From contig JAQGDQ010000018.1 in the NCBI GenBank assembly GCA_030141605.1, positions 682,001-746,000 on the forward strand: 64,000 nt of DNA, in the 5' to 3' direction. The position numbers and the translations under genes were made by a program. Below are positions 50,901 to 62,655 of the stretch, piece after piece; position 1 is the stretch's first letter; every line of letters starts with the position of its first letter. The notes under the pieces were generated by a model. It saw only the letters and a program-made list of their open reading frames with translations. It had not been told where the DNA came from and made no database searches. This DNA is from Tubiluchus corallicola. Lineage: Eukaryota; Animalia; Priapulida.

Positions 50901-53317
50901 TTTGCTAATGTTCATTTCATTTCAAGTGTTTTTTCATTTAAATAGCCAAAGAAAATTCAAGTCATGTTGGTTGATGGTACAAACTTGATGTTGAACTTAC
51001 AAGATGGAATGCATACAACTGTACAACAGCTTCATCGTCAGATGATGAAAGAACTCCATCTAACAGAAGCTTGTACCAATATTTTTGCGTTTTGGGTGTG
51101 CTCTCATCATCTAGGTATGTGCTTCCAGAATTTTTTTCTGTTATAAATTGTGGATGTGTAACTTAATCTTTTCTTTGTGTAACATCTGACACCGCACATA
51201 TCACATGTCAAGTTTATCCTATGTTTAATTATAACAGCCTATTTTCTGTTAGAGGTTTTCACACTTACAGGTACTGATTTTATTGATTGTCATTTTGTAC
51301 AAGACATCAAACACTCAGAAATAGTAGATACTTTTTTGCTTAATCCAAGCGCATTAGTTATTTTGCAATGACAGGACGGGAACTTTCATTTTTGGGTAGA
51401 TAACTGAACTGATTAGACTGCTTGCTCTGAGATGAGCTTAGAGCTCTTGCTGCTCAGTTATTCAAGGATATGTCCTGTTTCTACTTTTTAGCTTCATATG
51501 GTGACAAATTCATACCATTCACGTAATTCCAAGAGCCAGAAGCTAGCAGACAAGTCTATCAAAGAGCAGACCTTGGATAAAAAATTCTTTTTAATTATTT
51601 TTAAATTTCATATATTCAAACTACAAGCTTGTAAAATAGGGACCTCTTTTTAGAGGTGAGTCAGATAAAGATTGAATTCCTTTATTGGTTCACAGGTACG
51701 AATTGTCTGTTGGTTTGTTTGCAGTTGGCTTTTGTTCGCATTTAATTAACTTGTATGTATTTGAAATGTTATTATTTTTAGAACTACAGTTAAAAATGGA
51801 GCACAAGCCATGGTATCATTTAGAGTTGTGGCAGAACCAAGTGGTAAATCAGCTCACTGAACTTACTGACACGTCTAGAGAAGAACCAAAACTTTACTTG
51901 CGACGAGATGTTCGTCTTAGTGTAGAAGAGGAAAAGAAGGTACAAGAGAATTAGCTGAAGATTTATTTTGACTACTAGTTTTAAACATTATGAAAACAAA
52001 AGGATTATTGCAAAAAAACGATTTATATTTGAATAGCTAAAGTGTTTTTATTTTCCAGGTTGTAAGCGCCTGCCCTCCAGCTGTTAGCTTACTTTTTCAT
52101 GAAGCCCATGATAATTATATCAAGTCAAATTATCCTTGCTCTGATCAGGAAGCAGCCATTCTTGCTGCCATATTTATGCAATACCTGCATGGAGATTATG
52201 AGGGAAGAAAGACAAAAGCTTACCTGGCAAAGTAAAATAATTTTTATTTACAATTTACACTTAATTCAAAAATTGTAAAGGCACGATTCTGGATAGATGT
52301 ATTTTGTGAAATAACGACAGTTTAACTGGTCATTTAAAAAAAGGAAATGATGGTTTAATTTATGCAATTAACTTTTTTTAAACAGGGAAGAAAATATAGA
52401 AAAATTGATACCAAGAGCAAAACTTCGGGCAAGCAAAGGAACAAATTGGCCGTCAAAAATTATCACTGAATATAAGCAGCTTAGCACTAAACATAAAGAC
52501 AAAAACCAGCTGAGTCTTCAGTATATGTTTCTCAAATTTTGCTGGCATTTGGACGTTTATGGTTCTGCATTCTTTCATGGACTTGCATTTACAAGTCGAG
52601 TAAGTGGGATTACTTGTTAGAAAATTATTTTTTCAGTTTAAGAAATAACCATTTTAGTTAAATTACTGATAACTGTTTTAGTTAAATTACTGCTAAAAGT
52701 TAGCATTGCTGTTCTTTGGTTTGGTATTTTTATTTAACAGTTTTTGTATTGCACATTGCTTGAATGTAATGTATCTTTTTTAACTTTATTGAACTGTTGT
52801 TTTACATTTGCTGTCATTTGTTTTATTAATTTCATTTACTACATTTACGCATTAATGTATCATCATAGGGTGCTCTTGAAGTACAAATAGCTGTCAATTA
52901 CAATGGCATTCATTTGATAAATTATCACACAAAGTCTCGATTTGAAAGTTACGCTTACAAGAATGTTCATTGGAGCCATTCAATCGAACCTCCATTTGTG
53001 GAAATCAAAATAAAGGGTTCCACTTCGAGGCCACTTCGAATTCGAACCAAACAGGTAGGGTTCACTCCATTTGTTTTTAATTGTTTGTAAAGCAAATATT
53101 GAAATTGTTTCGTGTTTTTTTATGTGTTAAATGCTTACTATTCTTACAGGATTCACTTGTGTGTATTGATATCATATTGTTTATATGATTATCGCTCATA
53201 GTAAAAGTTACTTTTAATGTGTTGCAGACGCCATATATCACAATAAAAGTTATTTTTAATGTCTTGCAGGCACATCTTATATCACAGCTAATGACAAAAC
53301 TGGACCAGTCACAGTAG
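35984..53317 (+). CDS. KRIT1: Krev interaction trapped protein 1 (CCM1) orthologue with Nudix-like N-terminus, NPxF motifs, ankyrin repeats and FERM domain; 709 aa, 14 coding exons
   Basis: Exons 35984-36215, 46537-46626, 46940-47075, 47310-47541, 48272-48348, 50067-50216, 50332-50488, 50622-50729, 50946-51114, 51782-51939, 52059-52231, 52386-52599, 52869-53054, 53270-53317 (TAG). GT-AG introns, matching phases, 2130 nt. Motifs collinear with human KRIT1: DVYIAVLRP, GKRAVLL, ALFR..RIRTVIENPAF, EKCDIVIMNPLFGSGL, WNEEFPLHKCACEG, DSDTWAPIHYA, LQLKMEHKP, EEPKLYLRRDVRL, MFLKFCWHLDVYGSAFFHG, RTKQAHLISQLMTKL. Confidence 0.96.
38266..38733. mobile_element. Decayed non-autonomous repeat with short inverted ends and an internal taaccct motif
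   Basis: aactagagaactctc (38266) versus gagactctctagtt (38720-38733), with an internal ctaaccctaaacctaaccctag. It is preceded by three diverged agaattatcxattccgtctgt units at 37892-38230. Confidence 0.35.
45090..45325. promoter_or_regulatory. CpG-rich cluster of ACGT-core motifs (CRE- and E-box-like) in KRIT1 intron 1; candidate enhancer or internal promoter
   Basis: cgtgacgcgctgacgtta, ccacgtgacgtaaacacgtgggcgtaaactgccgacgtcactcg and ttgacgtcgg occur within ~235 nt in a CpG-poor background. Confidence 0.35.
46665..46770 (+). mobile_element. tRNA-derived SINE head (decayed)
   Basis: An A-box-like tgggggccttgtggtta and a B-box gttcaaatcc at tRNA spacing, without a complete cloverleaf. Similar B-box remnants occur near 36600 and 55470. 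Confidence 0.5.
49032..49235. repeat. 69-nt minisatellite, three copies, in a KRIT1 intron
   Basis: The unit ...gtgcgagttattaaaggaaaatcggxxgattgtgtagacattagttcaaaattaactataaagaacaaa repeats; cattagttc recurs at 49082, 49151 and 49220. Confidence 0.95.
53202..53287. repeat. Diverged ~42-nt tandem duplication spanning the acceptor of the last KRIT1 coding exon
   Basis: taaaagttacttttaatgtgttgcagacgccatatatcacaa is followed by taaaagttatttttaatgtcttgcaggcacatcttatatcacag. Confidence 0.85.
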
Positions 53318-56300
53318 CTGATTATTTGCACAAAAATTTTCCTTTGGGACAGTTAAACTTGGACTACCTGAATGCAACTTTAACTGAACATTGTAACCCA
53401 GCCATGTGCAATTTTCAAAAGAAACATAAAACCGTGAAGAAGTTTTCACAGTTATTACACAGTTATGTAAATGCAGTGTTTTTTGCCGTGCTTTAGAAAT
53501 TTCACCTACTGGGAAAAAGTATCTTTTCTGGTTCTACTGCTCACTATGGCTAAATGCATGTCATAAGACTTGTTTTATTATATATTTAAATATATACTTC
53601 TAATACACAACAATATTAAGTATTTAGGGGCCTAAGGTAGAGCATTCCTTTTTAATTTTTTGTGTTCTCATCTGAGTTAGTATTGAATTTAGCAGTGCCT
53701 GTAATGGTCTGTAACTCTATTTATTTGTAAAGTAATGTTTTGCATATAATGAATGTGTACCAGTTAAGACTTGTATGTTTAATTAGGCAAAGTTAATTCG
53801 TGCTATGTTAACTAATGTGAGTTAACTATATGCTTGTGATGATATTTGCCAACCTTGTGACTGGCTTTGTGGCCTGTAATTGTAATACAGACGATATCTG
53901 TCAAAGATAGACACGTATATTTTGACAGCTATGGTGAGCTAAAATTAGCTGCATTTTACAAAAGCAGCTATAGCCTAGCTAGTGCTAAAATAGTTGTTAT
54001 TAGGTGTAATATTATTATGCCACACTGCATAGGTACAAAATAATTGACAGCATGAGACAGCTCACATGTATTAGTTGAGTCATACTTATACTACTCAGTG
54101 GCGAAGCTAGGGGGTGCAGGGGCGGAACTTTTCAGAGGGCACTGCTTTGGGCAAGTCCACCGAAAAAGTTTATTCTGTTGGAACAGTAGAAAGACAAATG
54201 CCTGATATAATTCATTTGCCCATGAAAACCTTTTCTTATGGCGCTTATTGCTGAAAGTTTCTGAGAAGGGAAAATGGTGATATATCATTGATATTCTGCT
54301 TTTAAAGTTTCTGCGCAATACATGTTTTATGTTAACTGACGCACTGCAAAACACATTCCTATAATCTTTGCTCTGTTAAAATTTGTAGAAGCTGCAAAGT
54401 AATATAGCTTTTGCCTTTTGGAACGTGCAGGGTGAATTTATTTCTTCCTTAGCAAACAAATTTTTTACTAGCTTTTTTAATGCTTTACTATGTTCTGAAG
54501 TTCTAGTAAAATCACTAAAATGTACCAGTTTCTTTTTTTATTTCGCAAATTAACGTACTTTGTTAATAACATTAACATAGTTTCATAGTACTGTCCGTAG
54601 CATTTTTACATTTTCCCGTGCATCGATTTCATTTCCTGTTTTAAATATATTTCATTATTAACGTATGATGCGTGTGTTGTTATAAGTTGCTTAGCTGTTT
54701 AAAATAACTTGTTGCCATACAGTTTGATTTTATTCTGTCATTCGTTTACTAAACTTATTCAAAATAAAAAGAAAATGCGGATACATGTTAGGTGAGTCAT
54801 TTAGGATATTTGTTGACAATTCACAGCATGAATTGAATCTGTTTGAAAATGTACAATGCTGCACTATATCCTTAAAATAGTTGCTGAAATGCAATCATTG
54901 CTAGAGATGACAGTATTAATTCAAGTAAAAGGTAGACTAATTTTTTATACTAGTACTCTAAATTATCAATGTACTCACAATTTATCACCGCAGCTTAGTT
55001 TTTAAACATCTAAAATTTTAGAGATGTTTCTACTCTAAGTGTTGCAGTTGTCGTTGGGGGGTGAAACTCTTGCGCTGTCTCAAGCTCTAACTGTGCCAAC
55101 GATACTACTGTATATCATTTTGCTTTTTTGCAAAGCGTTTTAGGACATTTCTTCTTGCTGTCACAACAATATACAAATTGCTTCTTACTTGGTATTTTTG
55201 AGTAGATAATTTGAGAGTCTTTAATTTTAAACTTTACTACTGTTGCTGTGTTGAGCTATTTGCATGTGAGTGAAGCACATGTCTTGGGTCACTTGACCTG
55301 ATATTACTTTTTTTATAAAACAACAGTAGCAGTTTGTCTCACTTTGTGTTTATTCATACAATACGCAGTTGTCATGTTATAAATACTTTAGTCTTAGTGT
55401 TATGGTGCACTGATTATTAAGCCTTGTGTACCATTCTCATAAAATTTATGGGACGGGTGGCTAATGTTGGGTTCAAATCCCAAACAAGGCATATTTTTGA
55501 CAGTGTTTAAGAGTCTGTAGTTCGTATCAGCTCTTTTAGGATGTAGAACATTGACAGAAGACGATCGCAATACCTTTGCTGCTTTTAGATATAAATACAT
55601 GCGTCTTCAAAAGTTATTATAATTGTACGTTTCCTTTTTCACAAATTGATTTTTATGGTTGGAACTGTAATACTGTATAACATTGAAGACAGCTTAGAAA
55701 TACTGTATGTACATTGTAATAATTGATCACTTTTATGTATTTTTAGTTGTTTCTTGGCAACTATGATTATATATTTATGCGCTTGAATGCTTTGTAGAAT
55801 AATGTAAAGTAACTATAACTGATTTATGTCAGAGCATTGTATAATTGTACTATAGCTAATCATTGTTAATAAATACTATTTTTGTTACAAAAATTAGTTA
55901 TTGTAGTAAATGTTTTCAATTCTGTGTGAGCAATTCTCTACAAAAACGGAAATTTCAGTGCTTCCTTGCTCCAGTTTTATCATAGACTTATGCTAGATTT
56001 AGCAAAGAATAGTGGTTTAATTCACAAAGTGAAAGTACGGCATTTGGCTTAAAGACTAATTACCGTGTCAAAAATTTATTTTTATTGCCACTAAAGAAAT
56101 TTCCTTTTTATGAAACAGTATGCATTACCTTGACTACTAATGTCACTATTTACTTGTCAAAATAACTGTACAAGAGTTTACATGTACCCGTTAACTATGT
56201 TTTCTCAGTTTTCTACATGATCTGATAATACTCCAAGATTGCTGATTATGCTACCCCTGCAGACTGCTTCAGATAAAGGACACACACACGCACAAATATA

Positions 56301-57984
56301 TAAATGAATACAAAATGATGATGATTATGGTGATAATAACTATAATTTGGATTTTTTTTATTAATTTGAATTTTTTTATTTTGATTATATTTTAATTTTA
56401 TGCGTACTAAATTTAAAATGAACATGAGCTCACTCAGCCTCACTGTGACTTCATGCCTGTGATGTTTCTATCAGTTCACAAACAAGAGTAGATTATAAGC
56501 TCAGTTTGACATCGTGAATGTGACTATTGTATGACCTCATGCATATGAGCAAAATATGTCATCTTCATGTTCTCATGCTTGTGACCATATCTTATCAGTT
56601 ATTACATCAAAGCTTCATCGTAAGTCTCGTGAAAGAAAGAGAGGGAGATTTAAACTCTGCAAATGATTTTTCTAGTAAGTTGTTCTCATAAAATTAAACA
56701 AATTATATGTATATCAGGTAACATTATACTGCATTTAAACTAACATTACTAGATAAAACAGCAAAGTGCTTTACATTTGCAAAACACGTTGAATAAAAAT
56801 TTATAGAGATACTGGCTCACACTAATTTAATTAGGACGGAATAATTTAAATTACTAGCAGAGGACGGAGTTTGTGGCTTTATGCCTATGAGATTTTTATT
56901 TCGTAAAAATCGTAATTTTTCTGAAAGGGTCAGGCCACCCCAATACTTTCTTGTTCCTCAAAAATGACAAGAAAATGCTGGAAAGGGAGGGTTTTTTGCA
57001 TCTGCTTTTTCCCAGTGCCCACGTTGCAAAGATAAACACTTAAAAGAACAACGTTAATGACATGGCAATTAAAATGACATGCATCAATAATTAAAACTGA
57101 CAATTCAACCTAGCGTTGTGGCATTGTTGTACGTGTACAGGGAACTTGTGTGATTGTATGAAATCACTTACCAAACCATAAAGTGGTGTGACAAGCCTAC
57201 TATAATTGCATAAGTGCAGCAGTTGCAGCAGCTATAGAAATATCAGCATTAACGGCAATAGCAACATCACCGTGATAGTTATACTAGTATCATATTACCA
57301 ACGCAACTCAACAACAATAACTACGGCAAACAGTGGCAGTAGAAGTAGCAGTGCTACAGTCACACAGTGCAATTATTACCATCACCTCTTAATTAGCACA
57401 AATTCCTTCACTGAGCACCAACACTAACAGCAAACAATGCCAATGATCCTTTCTCTCCTGCAACAACAAAACTAATTCCATGACTCGCAGAATAAATTTT
57501 AAAATTAAATGTTGTGGCAGCCTGTGCTCTGCAGAGTGCAGACAGGTAATCTGCTCATATAGACTCTGCAGTAGGTGCCCGCCTTTGACAGGTGGAGAGT
57601 CGAGCATTGCACCCGATGCATATTGTCAGTTGTCAATGAATAATCAGATAGTAAAGTAAAGTGTAATGAGATGAGAATGTGTGATGTGATGTTTTCTGTG
57701 ATGAGAATTAAAATTGCGCACCATATTTTTAGGACTGGATAAGAATTTTTCCAAGTTAGGAACAGTGACACAGTGTTCGCTCCCTCACCTATCGTCTTCC
57801 AGGCCCACCCGCGATGAGTGAGCGGTTATAACGGTTTAGTATATAAATAGCATTTAAATCGAATTTCATATTTTGTGTAAGATTTCTCCTTTTTACGCAT
57901 GAGAGGGCTGACGCGCTTTTTTATTATTAAATTCATTCCGATTATACTAGAACGGAAAAAATTCCTCGGAATTCAATATCCGAA

Positions 57985-59712
57985 TTTTAAGAATGCTAGG
58001 ACATCTTCTAAGATTACCAAGTGAAGTACCAGTAAGAATGACCTTAAAGGAAGCTTTAAAACCGTGCAGAAACCACCTGGCAAACCAAAACAACTTGGAT
58101 AGCTAAGACAATTAAAGATGTTCAACAACTTCAACCAAATCTATCATTAACAGTAGAACTTACGCTGTTAGCTCTAGATAAGAGTGGGTTTGGGTTGAAT
58201 ACTCTAGTAAATGATAATGCCTTGTTGTCTACAATAGATGGAATGAGACCTTGAAGAAGAATGTCATATTGATTTCACTGTTATACATGAAGTTACCAGT
58301 TACATATGCATTGAAAAGTCACAGCCTTGTTTTGAGGGATAGGTTCTTGCTGGTTAGAATTGACGTATTCTGGATAAAATAGTGAGATGAGCGCTTGACT
58401 GCAGTGCAGGAAGCAGAAATAGCTGTGTCTCACAGAGGTCTACTCAGAAAAATCTTAAAAATAAGTTTTAAAACGGCTGTGTACCATTTCAAATGAACAT
58501 CTGTATAATAAAACCAAAGAAGAACATTGGAGTGCTAAAATCAGAATCAGAAGGCTAAGATGGATAGGACATTTAATGAGATTGCCAGAAACAACACCAG
58601 TAAATCACAGTATTCGGCAGTAAGGTTAGCATTAAACTAGGCACTGAAACCTACAAAACGGCCTCCAGGGAAACCAACTTGGATATCAAGAATTAATAAA
58701 CATTTACAACAGCTGAGACCAAACCTAACAATAGCATCATAGGAGTTGAAAATTGTAGCTGCAGGCAAGAAACAGATGGGTGCTTTAATAAAGGATAAAG
58801 GCTCTGTGTCTACAATAGATGTCTAGAGCAACAGAAGAAGGAGAATAATCTCATATTAAATAAAGATAAAACAGAAGTGTATCATATAAAATGGAATGGA
58901 GATTGTGCATGGCAAAAATGTAAATACTTAACCAGTCTTCTACCAACAGAAGAAGATATGTGAAGAAGAAAAGTATTAGCATTAGCAGTGTATTTCAAAT
59001 TAACAAAAAATTTTGAAAGTAAAAGGATCAGTCTAGAAACGAAATAAAAAAATTTTGCTGCACTTGTGGAAACTGGATTTCTTTACAACTTGAATCAAAG
59101 CACATCACAAATCAGAAATTGATGTACAGTGTTCCCTCGCTACTTCGTGGTTCATTTAGCGTGGGCTCGCTGTTTCACGGGTTTTTGCGGTACACCGTCT
59201 AAAGTATTTTTGCACATGCGTAGTATGTATTGTACAGTAATGTATAGATTTGATGAATTTTGCATAAAAAATCACAAAATGTATAAAAATATATTAAAAA
59301 TATTAATTCTAACGTTAAAAGAATATTATAAATCATAAAAAATTACCATTTACAGTAAATAGTGTATTTATTCGGCAGATGAATACACACCTAAAACGAA
59401 ATGTAGTACTTGCACCTGCTTGAGATGCTACTTGCTGATGTGAGATTGTACGCAACACATAAAGACTAAAACACCAAATAACTACTAAAATAAGTATAGC
59501 ATCCCTACTTCGCGGAAATTCACTTATCACGGGTGGGCCTGGAACGGAACACCCGCGATAAGTGGGGGAACACTGTATTTCAAAAAAGAAACTATAGCAA
59601 CTTCTAGGAATAAAATCACCAAAGAAGTTATCAAACCATTATCTGTATAATAAAGTTAAGCCAGAGGAATTGACGGTTAAAATCAAAGAGAGAAGACTAA
59701 GATGGATAGGAA
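57985..59712 (+). mobile_element. Cluster of three head-to-tail, 5'-truncated, decayed RTE-type LINE fragments
   Basis: LGHLLRLPSEVPVRMTLKEALKP at ~57996; HRGLLRKILKI..ISNEHLYNKTKEEHWSAKIRIRRLRWIGHLMRLPETTPV at ~58431-58602; LNKDKTE..WQKCKYL..EIDV/FQKR..LSNHYLYNKVKPEELTVKIKERRLRWIG at ~58845-59712, interrupted by a MITE. A fourth remnant lies at ~61765-61970. Confidence 0.8.
59127..59575. mobile_element. pogo/Tigger-like (Tc1/mariner superfamily) MITE inserted in an RTE fragment
   Basis: TA|cagtgttccctcgcta ... taagtgggggaacactg|TA gives inverted termini starting CAGT with a TA duplication. Removing the element rejoins the LINE frame GAA ATT GAT GTA / TTT CAA. Confidence 0.88.
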
Positions 59713-59729
59713 TACTGAATTCAACGATA

Positions 59730-61000
59730 TACTGAATTTTACCATGCTTGAAGGATTAAGATCTGTTCTACCGAATCAGTGTGAGATGAATGGTATTCCA
59801 AATTACACAGAACCAAATTAAGCAGATTCTACTGTATATTGCACATTTTTCTAGCCAACCTATAATGCAGTTGCTCAGGTTCCAAAATGTTATTGCTCAT
59901 GTATGGGTTCACAACCGTACCACATTGAAGAAGCATATTGTAATTTTGGCCTTAATATGAAGGCTTGTAGGCAGTCTTTGATAGCTCTTTTGGACAATGT
60001 TTAAGATTTCTGCTAAAAATTCCCAATGCGTTCGTGGCTTTCATTGGGATTTCATGAACATGTGAACTCCAGTTTAAATCTTTCGAGTTTGCAAACCTAA
60101 ATTTTGAACCAACTAACTGTCAAGAATGTATTGGTGATTTTGATTTTATGATGTCACACTTTGTTAATGCTAAAATACATTAACCAGTCCTGCTTCCACT
60201 TATGTTGTGTATTATTTGAGTCTTCGTAAAATAAAGCAGTCATTGTAAGATTTGACGGGATGATATTAATACAGTTGTCGGGTAAAAGTCTTGCTAAAAA
60301 TGATGAGACTGGCAGTAAGATCATTTATGAATATCAAAAATAATGGCGGTTCCAACCCTCACACAGTTGCAGAAATTACATCAACAGCTATACTCCATTC
60401 AGTATAGTACTCTGCATCTTTCCAAGAATGTAACAACCTCTGATTTTATAGTGTGAGAAGCAACAATATCCAACGCCTTTGCTAAATCGGACTCCAACAT
60501 ACTGACCTGCTCTTGCCTATCCACGAATGTGATGTATCATGATAAGTATTGAATATTGAACAGCTGTGTTTCACAGGACCGCTTCTGGAATCATGCTGTA
60601 TGTCTGCTAGACAAGGTGTCTGCCAAGATGATCTGCAATATGATAATTTATAATGTGTTTGACAACCCTGCTGGCAGTGCATGTTATGAAACTGTCCTGA
60701 AATTTGAAGAACGGTAGCTAGCTGATTTTTTTTATATTATGAGGATTATTAAAGCTAGAGAACAATTCCAGAATCTAATGATTTTTGAAAAAATTAGCTA
60801 ATTGTGTGCGACATGCGCTAAATACAAGTCCAACAGTCTTTTAGCTGTAATTTGTGATTTTTTTATTGTCCAAAATGGCCTATCATCGCCATATTCCAAA
60901 ATCACTATCACATCATGACAGACTTGACTGGCTGACTGACATATGTACGATTCGACTTTGTTTGAAGCAAATAAAAACAGTTTCTGGTAATCCAATGTCA
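59730..61000 (-). mobile_element. Heavily decayed CR1/L2-group LINE reverse-transcriptase fragment
   Basis: Minus-strand remnants SDLAKALDIV (LDxSKAFDxV), PLFLIFI/NDL and ALGIFSRNLKHCPKE..KTAYK..RPKLQYASSMW, with many frameshifts. Confidence 0.7.
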
Positions 61001-62091
61001 AAAAATTAATTAATTGGTGTAATGAAAATGAATAATAATATGACGAAATATGAAGAAATCAAACTTGCATCTTTGCTGCATCTTACTAACTTGCTAAAGA
61101 GAACTCGACTGACTTCTTTCCTATCCTGTCTCCAAAATGAGGCCAATGGCCTATTTCCTGTCCTAACTCACATGTCGATCAATGGCCTAATTTTACTTGT
61201 ATCCAAAACACCAATATATGAGCTGACTGTATAGACATTTATTTTAATAGCCTTGCAGAAACGTTATTGTGATCCGAAGCTTTATTAATATTTAAGTTAC
61301 TCATTAGCTTTTCAAGGCCAGGCATACTAATTTTACTCATTTTAATACTTGTTATAAGATTTGCCCATTCGGTTTTGACATGTTGCTGGCTTCCAATTGC
61401 CACATCTTCAAGTGCTTTAGCTTCTCACATTCCAACAGGTTCTGTAGTGTGTTTTTCCTTACAACATATAGGGCAGTTCAGATGTTTTGTTACTGCTTGT
61501 ATAATTTCCTTTAACCTGAATTATAATACTGGCATTTAGTCTTATGCATGAAACCTCTCACATATGTCTCATTGCAACTATATACATGCCGTTGCTAATA
61601 AAATTTTGGCAGCTTAGAGGCTTAGAGTTAATCAATTTTCACCAGTAAGAAACTGTTCCTTCAAACACGTGTGCTACTGTTCACGTGTAACTGGCATTTT
61701 CATGTATAATAGTGAAATGTGAGGCTTAACTGCAACATAAGAAGCAGGAATAGATGTATTTTATTTCACAGATGTTTGCTCAAAAAATTCTAAAAATAAA
61801 ATGGCTGTGTATCATTTCGAGTGAACAGCTGCAAAGTATGAGCAGAACCAAAGAGGAATAGGAGCACTGAAATTAAGATCAGAAGACTAAGGTTTGAGGT
61901 TGCCTGAAACAACACCCATAAAAATTTTAAACAGGCAACCAAAAGTAATGTGGATATCAAGAATTAACATAAAAATTTAGAAATTTTGATTTATGTACAT
62001 ATTTAACCCTAATGCGCTCTTTTTTTTGATGACTTTCAGATTTGACAAATCATTGAAAAAAATCATTTGAGGTCAAATTGTGTTTACAGTC

Positions 62092-62655
62092 ATGGGTATA
62101 GAGAAGAATTACCTTATCCGGAGAGCAGTTCCTGATGATTGTGATTCAGTAACACTTCTCATACATGTAATTACAATATTTATTTATTTCAGCAAAACAT
62201 TATTTTTAATGTTCCACACTTGTATGCTAAATTAGTGAATCGTTGTTTCACTTAAATGTAGCATGTATAGCATTTTATGTTTTTAAATTTAAACTTATCT
62301 GATGTTACTTCATTGTCTTTGCTTAATGAATCCCTTTTAGCAATGATTTGTTTGAAGAATGCTAAAATTTTGTGATCCATTTTTTCACTTAACAATTTTC
62401 ATTTTAACGACAATTTTGTGACCTACAAAGCTTTTTTGCTTTGTGGCAATCTTTTAATGAAGCTATTAGTAGTGTGAATTATATGCTGTACTCGTGTTTT
62501 TGCTTCACTGTGACCAGCTACTGAGACTCTGATACATGTATATGCTGCATAATATTCACGCCAAGGTTGGTATGTAATACCGTAATATTGTTTTTTATTT
62601 CAGGATTTAGCTCGGTATGAAAAATGCCCTGAACAGTGCAAGGTAACAAAAGAAA
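62092..62655 (+). CDS. SAT2: Diamine (spermidine/spermine or thialysine) N-acetyltransferase, GNAT family; first two coding exons, the remainder beyond the window
   Basis: Exon 62092-62166 gives MGIEKNYLIRRAVPDDCDSVTLLIH and exon 62604-62655 gives DLARYEKCPEQCKVTKE. These match the SAT1/SAT2 N-terminus (IRxAxxxDCxxIxxLI-ELAxYE..EQV..T), with the phase-0 and phase-1 introns recalled for vertebrate SAT genes. SAT1 versus SAT2 cannot be settled from 42 aa. Confidence 0.85.

Noticed and set aside
57206-57427. Ser/Thr-rich ORF
   Set aside because: Degenerate CAG/CAA/TAG trinucleotide low-complexity DNA.
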